A stretch of 64,000 bases of DNA, taken from assembly GCA_963779755.1 (NCBI GenBank), contig CAVZZO010000003.1, positions 32,001 through 96,000 on the forward strand, in the 5' to 3' direction. Source of the DNA: an uncultured Gemmatimonadales bacterium (GTDB lineage: Bacteria > Gemmatimonadota > Gemmatimonadetes > Gemmatimonadales > GWC2-71-9). The notes beneath the pieces were generated by a model. That model was given only the letters and a program-made list of their open reading frames with translations. It was not told the DNA's origin and ran no database searches. Positions 57,713 to 64,000 of the stretch are shown in pieces. The stretch's first letter is position 1, and the number at the start of each line of letters is the position of its first letter. Position numbers and translations under genes: made by a program.

Positions 57713-59235
57713 GCCTGCGCATCCTTACAACCCCGATCGCCGGGGCCGTGGAATGGCCGGAAGAGCGCGCCGGCGGCTTCCCCCCCGAGCTGCTCGACGC
57801 CGTCCTGCAGCCTCCAGGCAGCGAGGCGCTGCTGGCGAAGCTCCGGCAACCCGATGTTCTGGTGGTCACCAGCGGACAGCAGCCGGGCCTCTTTACCGGG
57901 CCGCTCTATGCCGCCTACAAGGCCCTCTCCGCCGCGGCGCTGGCCCGCATGCTGGAGGAGCGCTGGCAACGGCCGGTGCAGGCGATCTTCTGGGTGGCCG
58001 GGGATGATCACGATTTCGCCGAAGCCAATCACGCCGCCTGGCCGGCGCCCGACGGCTCGGTTCGCCAGGTCGTCCTGCGCGAGCGCCCCGCCGAGGCGCC
58101 GCTCACGCCGATGTACCGCGAAACGCTGGGCGCGGCCATCGTCCCCGCACTCCAGATCCTGCGGGACGACCTCGCCGCGACCGAATTCGGCACCGAAATC
58201 CTGGCGGGGCTGGAACGACACTATCGGCCCGAAGCCACCATCGCCGCCGCGGCCGCGGGCGCCCTGGCTGAAATCCTGGCTCCGCAGGGGGTGCTCTGTT
58301 TCGACAGCACGCATCCCGCCGCCAAACGCGGGGCGGCTCGGCACGTGGTCCGGGCACTGGGGCTGAGCCAGGATCTCGATCGCGACCTTGCCCGCCGCAG
58401 CCAGGACCTGGCCGCGATCGGCGAAGATCCCGGCGTCGTCGTGGGGCAGGGGGCAACCCTGGTCATGCTGGAAGCGGCCCAGGGCCGTGATCGCCTGCTG
58501 GTTGACGGAACGTCGCTGGTCACCCGGCGCAGCCGAGAGCGCTTCACGCTCGACGACCTCCAGCGCATCGCGGCCAACCAGCCCGAACGGCTGTCGCCCA
58601 ACGTGCTGCTGCGTCCCGTCATCGAGAGCGCCTTGCTGCCCACCGTGGCCTACATGGCCGGTCCCGGCGAGCTGCGCTACTGGGCGCTCACCCCGCCGGT
58701 GTTTTCCCGCATGCGGATCCACCGGCAGCAGCCCACGCCCCGCTGGAACGGCCTCATCGTCGAGCCGCGGGTGAACCGCGTGCTGGAGAAGTTCGGGACC
58801 GACCTCGACGGCCTGCTGGCACCGGGCAGGCTGGAGCAGCAGGTCATACGCGAGCGTCTGCCACGGCAGGCCCAGGAGGCGCTGGAACGGCTGCGCCAGA
58901 CGCTCACCGCGGAATACGCGGCCCTGGGGGACGCAGCGGTCGGCATCGATCCCACCCTGGAGCAGCCGGTCCGCAAGGTGCGCGATCGCGCGCAACGCGA
59001 GCTGGACCAGGTGGAGCATCGCCTCCTCACCCACCTCAAGCGGCGGGTCGGGACCGAGCTGGGGCAGATCGAGCGTGCCCGCGCCGCCCTCCGGCCGCTG
59101 GACCTGTCCCAGGAACGGGTGTATTGTCTGCCGCCCTACCTGGCGCGTTACGGCCGGGGGCTGCTGCAGGAGCTGGCGGAGGCCTGCCACGGCTGGTATA
59201 CGCAAGCTCTTGCCGCCCAACAACTTCCTTCGTAG
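57709..59235 (+). CDS. bshC: Bacillithiol cysteine-adding enzyme
   Basis: SGQQPGLFTGPLY, FWVAGDDHDFAE, SPNVLLRP, GPGELRYW, QER. Confidence 0.92.
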   Translation: MSLRILTTPIAGAVEWPEERAGGFPPELLDAVLQPPGSEALLAKLRQPDVLVVTSGQQPGLFTGPLYAAYKALSAAALARMLEERWQRPVQAIFWVAGDDHDFAEANHAAWPAPDGSVRQVVLRERPAEAPLTPMYRETLGAAIVPALQILRDDLAATEFGTEILAGLERHYRPEATIAAAAAGALAEILAPQGVLCFDSTHPAAKRGAARHVVRALGLSQDLDRDLARRSQDLAAIGEDPGVVVGQGATLVMLEAAQGRDRLLVDGTSLVTRRSRERFTLDDLQRIAANQPERLSPNVLLRPVIESALLPTVAYMAGPGELRYWALTPPVFSRMRIHRQQPTPRWNGLIVEPRVNRVLEKFGTDLDGLLAPGRLEQQVIRERLPRQAQEALERLRQTLTAEYAALGDAAVGIDPTLEQPVRKVRDRAQRELDQVEHRLLTHLKRRVGTELGQIERARAALRPLDLSQERVYCLPPYLARYGRGLLQELAEACHGWYTQALAAQQLPS

Positions 59236-59243
59236 ACTCAAGC

Positions 59244-59522
59244 GTGTACCTGCTCGGGCTTATCCTCATCGTCGCGCTCCTGATCCCCATCGTGGGGATC
59301 GTGATCGACTCGCCCATCGGGCGCGCCCTCGCGCGCCGGCTGGAAGGGCCCGAGGCCGTGCCTCCCGACGTGAAGGAGCTGGCCCGGAAGGTGGACCTGC
59401 TGGAGAGCGAAGTGGACGACCTCACCCGGCTGGTACAGTCGCTCCAGGACGAGACCACCTTTCTTCAGCGCCTGCTGGAGGATACCTCGAGCCGGCCCCA
59501 GCTCCCGCCGCAGAGCTCCTGA
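59244..59522 (+). CDS. Small membrane-anchored coiled-coil protein
   Basis: N-terminal TM, SPIGRALARRLE, coiled coil ending FLQRLL. Confidence 0.75.
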   Translation: MYLLGLILIVALLIPIVGIVIDSPIGRALARRLEGPEAVPPDVKELARKVDLLESEVDDLTRLVQSLQDETTFLQRLLEDTSSRPQLPPQSS

Positions 59523-61090
59523 GCCCCCCCTCCGGTCGCCGCCGCCCCGCGCTGATGGTCGCGGCGGGGATCATGTTGAGCCGGCTGCTGGGGCTGGTCC
59601 GTCAGCGCGTCTTCGGTCATTTCCTCGGCACCTCCGCGGCGGCCGACGCCTTCAACGCCGCCTTCCGTATCCCCAACCTGCTGCAGAACCTTTTCGGCGA
59701 GGGCGTGCTGTCGGCGTCCTTCATTCCCGTCTATGCCCGCCTGCTGGCGGATGGGGACGAGCGCGAGGCGGATCGCGTGGCGGGCGCGGTGGCGAGCCTG
59801 CTGGCCGTGGCCACCTCGGTCATCGTGCTGGTGGGGGTCCTGGCAACGCCCATTCTGATCACGCTTATCGCCCCGGGGTTCGAGGGCGAGAAACGGCTGC
59901 AGACCATCCGCATGGTGCGGATTCTCTTCCCGGGCGCGGGACTGCTGGCCATGAGCGCCTGGTGCCTGGGAGTGCTCAACAGCCATCGCCGGTTCTTTCT
60001 CTCCTATGCGGCGCCGGTGGTCTGGAACATCGCCATCATCACCGCATTGCTGTGGTTCGGCGGCCGCACCAGCTCGTACAACCTGGCCGCCGCCACCGCC
60101 TGGGCCTCGGTGGTAGGGAGCGCGCTGCAGTTCGGCGTGCAGCTGCCGGTGGTCTTCACCATCACCGGCCGCCTCCGGCTCAGCCTCGATACCGCCAGCC
60201 GGCACGTCCACACCGTCATCCGCAATTTCGTCCCCGTTTTCCTGGGCCGCGGGGTCTATCAGGTCAGCTCCTACGTGGACATGCTGCTGGCCAGCGCCCT
60301 GCCCACCGGAGCCGTGGCGGGCCTGGGCTATGCCCAGACGCTCTACCTGCTGCCGGTGAGCCTCTTCGGGATGTCGGTCTCGGCCGCGGAACTGCCCGCC
60401 ATGTCCAGCGGAGCCGCCGGGGAAGCCCGGACCGACTTTCTGGCGGCACGGCTCAACTCCGGTCTGCGGCAGATCGCCTTCTTCGTGGTGCCCTCGGCCA
60501 TGGCCTTCCTGGCCCTGGGCGATATCGTTGCCGGGGCGGTGTACCAGTCGGGCGTGTTCACCCACGATGTGACCCTGTATATCTGGGGGATCCTGGCCGG
60601 CTCCGGGGTCGGCCTGCTGGCCTCTACCCTGAGCCGGCTCTATTCCTCGGCCTACTACGCCCTGGGCGATACCCGGACCCCGCTGCGCTACGCTATCGTG
60701 CGGGTGGGGCTCACCCTGATGCTGGGCTATCTCTTTGCATTCCCCCTGCCGGCCGCGCTGCACATCGCCCCCCGCTGGGGGGCCGCGGGGCTGACCGCCT
60801 CGGCCGGCATGGCGGGTTGGGTGGAGTTCACGCTGCTGCGGCGGGGCATGAACGGCCGCATCGGGCTCACGGGGCTTGCGGCCCGGTTTACCATGGGACT
60901 GTGGGCCGCCGCACTGGTCTCGGCGGCGGCGGCACGCTGGGTGGACCGGCTGCTCCCCTTCGTCCATCCGGTCCCGGTGGCGATCCTGGTGCTGGGCACC
61001 TATGGATTCCTGTATCTGGCCCTGGCGTATGGTCTGGGGGGCCCGGAGCTGCGCTCCCTGATCGGGCGCACGCTGCTCCGGCGGGGCTGA
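59519..61090 (+). CDS. murJ: Lipid II flippase; start CTG 59519 or ATG 59555
   Basis: SRLLGLVR, DAFNAAFRIPN, FGEGVLSASFIPV, YYALGDTRTP. Confidence 0.94.
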   Translation: MSPPSGRRRPALMVAAGIMLSRLLGLVRQRVFGHFLGTSAAADAFNAAFRIPNLLQNLFGEGVLSASFIPVYARLLADGDEREADRVAGAVASLLAVATSVIVLVGVLATPILITLIAPGFEGEKRLQTIRMVRILFPGAGLLAMSAWCLGVLNSHRRFFLSYAAPVVWNIAIITALLWFGGRTSSYNLAAATAWASVVGSALQFGVQLPVVFTITGRLRLSLDTASRHVHTVIRNFVPVFLGRGVYQVSSYVDMLLASALPTGAVAGLGYAQTLYLLPVSLFGMSVSAAELPAMSSGAAGEARTDFLAARLNSGLRQIAFFVVPSAMAFLALGDIVAGAVYQSGVFTHDVTLYIWGILAGSGVGLLASTLSRLYSSAYYALGDTRTPLRYAIVRVGLTLMLGYLFAFPLPAALHIAPRWGAAGLTASAGMAGWVEFTLLRRGMNGRIGLTGLAARFTMGLWAAALVSAAAARWVDRLLPFVHPVPVAILVLGTYGFLYLALAYGLGGPELRSLIGRTLLRRG

Positions 61091-61107
61091 CGCGGTTTTC
61101 AGGCGGA

Positions 61108-62922
61108 ATGATGGTCGTGGAAATTTCCGAACAGCTGCAGCGCAAAATCGACACCCTGCCCGACGCGCCCGGCGTGTACCTGTGGAAGGACCGCCAGGGA
61201 GCCGTCCTGTACGTGGGCAAGGCCAAGCGCCTGCGCAGCCGTGTCCGGAATTATCTCAGCGCCGATTTCAGCACCAGCCCCAAGAACCAGCTCCTGGTCC
61301 GCCTGATCGACGACGTGGAGACTATCGTCGTCCCCAGCGAAGCGCAGTCCCTCCTGCTGGAAAACAACCTGATCAAGGAACACCAGCCGCGCTTCAACGT
61401 TCGTCTCAAGGACGACAAGAGCTATCCCTCGATTGCGGTGACCCTGCGGGAGCCGTTCCCCCGCGTACTGGTCACCCGGCGGCGCGATCTCGAAGGGGCG
61501 CGCTATTTCGGCCCCTATACCGACGTGGCCGACATGCGCCGCCTGCTGGCGCTGATCCGCCGCATCTTTACCGTGCGCAGTTGCGCAGACGACCTGCCGC
61601 GGGAGCGCCGGGAGCGGCCCTGCCTCGACTTCTATATCGGCCGCTGCCTCGCGCCCTGCGTCGGCTGGCAGGATGAGACCGATTACCGGCGCATGATCGG
61701 CGATGTGCTCCGGGTGCTGGAGGGCCGCACCGTGGACGTGCGCAGCCGGGTCCGGGTACTGATGCAGGAGGCCAGTGATCGCGAAGACTACGAACGCGCG
61801 GCCCAGTTGCGCGACACTCTCAAGTGGCTGGAGCAGCTGGAGGCGCCCGCTGCCGTGGAAACCGTGGGCGGCGGTGACGCCGACGTCATTGGCCTGGCGC
61901 ACGACGGCGACGACGCGGTGGCCGTGCTGCTGCGGGTGCGCGAAGGCAAGGTGCTGATGCGGGAGCAGCGCTTCCTCGAGAACGTGGCAGAGGAGGAAGA
62001 CGCGGCCCTCCTGAGCGCGTTCCTGGTCCGCTACTACGTTCCGGCCGAGGGGCGGGCCCGCCGCCTGGTGCTCCCGTTCCCGCCGGAAGACCGGGCCGGT
62101 CTGGAGGCGCTGCTGCCCGGAGTGGAGCTGGTGGTGCCCCAGCGAGGGCGCATGCATCGGCTGCGCGAGCTGGCCGATCAGAACGCCCGGCATCTGCTGG
62201 AGAGTCTCCGTATCGAGAGCTTCGAAACCGACCAGCGCGCGTTGGATCCGGTCTACGCCCTGGGGCGCGACCTGGGACTCAGCCGGGTGCCCCGCAGCCT
62301 CATCTGCGTGGATATCTCCACCAGCCAGGGACGGGATACCGTGGGCTCGCTGGTGTGGTTCGAGGCCGGCCGGCCGCGAAAGAGCGAGTATCGAAAATTC
62401 CGGATCAAGGGGCTCGCCCAGCAGGACGATTTCGCGGCGATCCACGAAGTGCTCACCCGCTACCTCCGGCGACGCCGGGAGGAGCGGAAGCCGCTGCCCG
62501 ACCTCATCGTGATCGACGGGGGCAAGGGACAACTCGGTGCGGCCACGGATGCGGCGGTGGCGGAAGGCGTGACCGAAGTCCCCATTATCAGTCTCGCCAA
62601 ACGGGAGGAAGAAGTATTCCTCCCCGGGCGGAGTGAGAGCCTCCGGCTCTCCCGCCGCAGTCCGTCGCTGCAGCTGCTGCAGCGGGCCCGCGACGAAGCC
62701 CATCGGTTCGGCGTGGCCTACAATCGCCAGCGGCGGAAGGCCCGCACCATCACGTCCGAGCTGCTGGAAATACCCGCCATCGGCAGCACGCGGCGCCGCC
62801 GGCTGCTGGAGCACTTCGGCAGCCTGGCCGGCGTCCGCTCGGCCACGGTCGAGGAAATCGCCTCCGTTCCGGGGTTCTCCCGGGCACTTGCCGAACGCGT
62901 GCTTCAACACCTCAAGGAGTAG
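61108..62922 (+). CDS. uvrC: Excinuclease ABC subunit C
   Basis: PGVY, YVGKAKRLRSRV, DDKSYP, DLIVIDGGKGQ, RDEAHRF. Confidence 0.97.
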   Translation: MMVVEISEQLQRKIDTLPDAPGVYLWKDRQGAVLYVGKAKRLRSRVRNYLSADFSTSPKNQLLVRLIDDVETIVVPSEAQSLLLENNLIKEHQPRFNVRLKDDKSYPSIAVTLREPFPRVLVTRRRDLEGARYFGPYTDVADMRRLLALIRRIFTVRSCADDLPRERRERPCLDFYIGRCLAPCVGWQDETDYRRMIGDVLRVLEGRTVDVRSRVRVLMQEASDREDYERAAQLRDTLKWLEQLEAPAAVETVGGGDADVIGLAHDGDDAVAVLLRVREGKVLMREQRFLENVAEEEDAALLSAFLVRYYVPAEGRARRLVLPFPPEDRAGLEALLPGVELVVPQRGRMHRLRELADQNARHLLESLRIESFETDQRALDPVYALGRDLGLSRVPRSLICVDISTSQGRDTVGSLVWFEAGRPRKSEYRKFRIKGLAQQDDFAAIHEVLTRYLRRRREERKPLPDLIVIDGGKGQLGAATDAAVAEGVTEVPIISLAKREEEVFLPGRSESLRLSRRSPSLQLLQRARDEAHRFGVAYNRQRRKARTITSELLEIPAIGSTRRRRLLEHFGSLAGVRSATVEEIASVPGFSRALAERVLQHLKE

Positions 62923-62999
62923 GAATCGGACACCCGGGATGGAGGAATGACGGAGTCCCCGTTCCATTTCTGATTCCCGGCTCCGGATGCCTGATCGTC

Positions 63000-64000
63000 A
63001 TGGACTGGATCCTCGAATGCGCCGCCTGCGGCGCCACGGCCGAGCCCACCGGCCTCCCCACCGTGTGCCCCTGCGGCCAGCCCTGGCTGGTCCGCTATCC
63101 TCACCGCCACCCCAGCATCCGCGACCGGGCCGAGGTGCGGCGGGGGCAGGGAATGTGGCGCTTCCGCGCCCTGCTGCCGGTCGATCCGGGAGAAGAACCG
63201 GTCACACTGGGGGAAGGTGACACGCCGCTGCTGGCGCTGCGCCGCACCGGCGCACGCCTGGGATTGCCGGATCTGCATCTCAAGGACGAAGGCTGCAACC
63301 CTACCGGGTCGTTCAAGGCTCGCGGCCTCAGCGCCGCGATTACCCGGGCCGTCGCCGCGGGAGCCAGCAGATTTGTGATTCCCACCGCCGGCAATGCGGG
63401 AGTCGCCGCGTCCGCCTACGCCGCCCGCGCCGGCGTGTCTGTCCGGGTATTCGCCCCCGCCTCCACGCCGCCCCTGATTCTGTCGCAGATCGTGTCCTTC
63501 GGGGGAGACCTTGTCCGGCTGGAGGGACATATCGGTGACTGCGGGAAGGCGGCCAGAGCCTGGGCAGCCGAGACCGGGGCGGTGGATCTCTCGACCCTGC
63601 GTGAGCCTTACCGTATCGAAGGCAAAAAGACGCTCGGTATGGAGCTTGCCCTTCAGTTGGACTGGACCGTGCCCGCGGCCATCATCTACCCCACGGGCGG
63701 CGGCACTGGACTGATCGGCATGTGGAAGGCATTCCAGGAACTGCGGGACATCGGCTGGATCGCGGGCGACCTGCCCCGGATGTTCAGCGTGCAGTCCACC
63801 GGGTGCGCACCGGTGGTCGCGGCCTTTCGCGAAGGACGTGAGCACGCGGAGACCTGGCCGGACCCGCGCACCGCTGCCGCCGGACTCCGGGTGCCGGGCC
63901 CGCTGGGAGACCGGCTGATGCTGGCGGCCTTGCGGGAGAGCGGCGGGGGCGCGGTGGAAATCGAAGACCCGGTGTTGTTGGAGTCGGCCCGGCGCGGTAT
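63000..64000 (+). CDS. thrC: Threonine synthase (truncated by the window)
   Basis: N-terminal Cys pairs, TLGEGDTP, NPTGSFKARG, TAGNAG, EPYRIEGKKT, PTGGGTG. Confidence 0.9.
   Translation, partial: MDWILECAACGATAEPTGLPTVCPCGQPWLVRYPHRHPSIRDRAEVRRGQGMWRFRALLPVDPGEEPVTLGEGDTPLLALRRTGARLGLPDLHLKDEGCNPTGSFKARGLSAAITRAVAAGASRFVIPTAGNAGVAASAYAARAGVSVRVFAPASTPPLILSQIVSFGGDLVRLEGHIGDCGKAARAWAAETGAVDLSTLREPYRIEGKKTLGMELALQLDWTVPAAIIYPTGGGTGLIGMWKAFQELRDIGWIAGDLPRMFSVQSTGCAPVVAAFREGREHAETWPDPRTAAAGLRVPGPLGDRLMLAALRESGGGAVEIEDPVLLESARRG

Noticed and set aside
59962..62922. 986-aa ORF suggesting an N-terminally extended UvrC
   Set aside because: The extension is an off-frame read of murJ; UvrC homology begins at ~61108

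Overview
High-GC bacterial chromosome segment. The 16S rRNA and gene content suggest Gemmatimonadota (my recognition, not a database result). Positions 1-9.6 kb hold an integrated phage-satellite-like (PICI-like) element that runs off the left edge. It has a tyrosine integrase abutting the 5' end of tRNA-Arg(TCT) and an XRE repressor facing a divergent Xis/AlpA-like HTH gene. The leftward genes encode a PC4-like ssDNA-binding protein, an AAA_25/RepA helicase with an internal iteron/palindrome origin candidate, small HTH/Zn-finger/nuclease proteins, a heavily frameshifted HK97 protease-major capsid gene, and, immediately after it, an intact short tape-measure-like gene. No portal, terminase or tail-tube gene is visible in the window. 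The rest is core genome: tatA, DHA2 MFS, MATE, dinB-family, serB-aminotransferase-serA, SulP (with a structured leader), iodotyrosine-deiodinase-like nitroreductase, a paired cation:proton antiporter, a complete rrn operon without spacer tRNAs, amtB-PII, era, cax, GGDEF, prfB (programmed frameshift), lysS, lolC/E-lolD, mcsA-mcsB-clpC, bamA-skp-lpxD-lpxC/fabZ-lpxA-gnnA-like-lpxB-DUF374-lpxK, gdhA, rlmH, methyltransferase-bshC, murJ, uvrC and a truncated thrC. All family calls come from motif recognition by eye; no searches were run.
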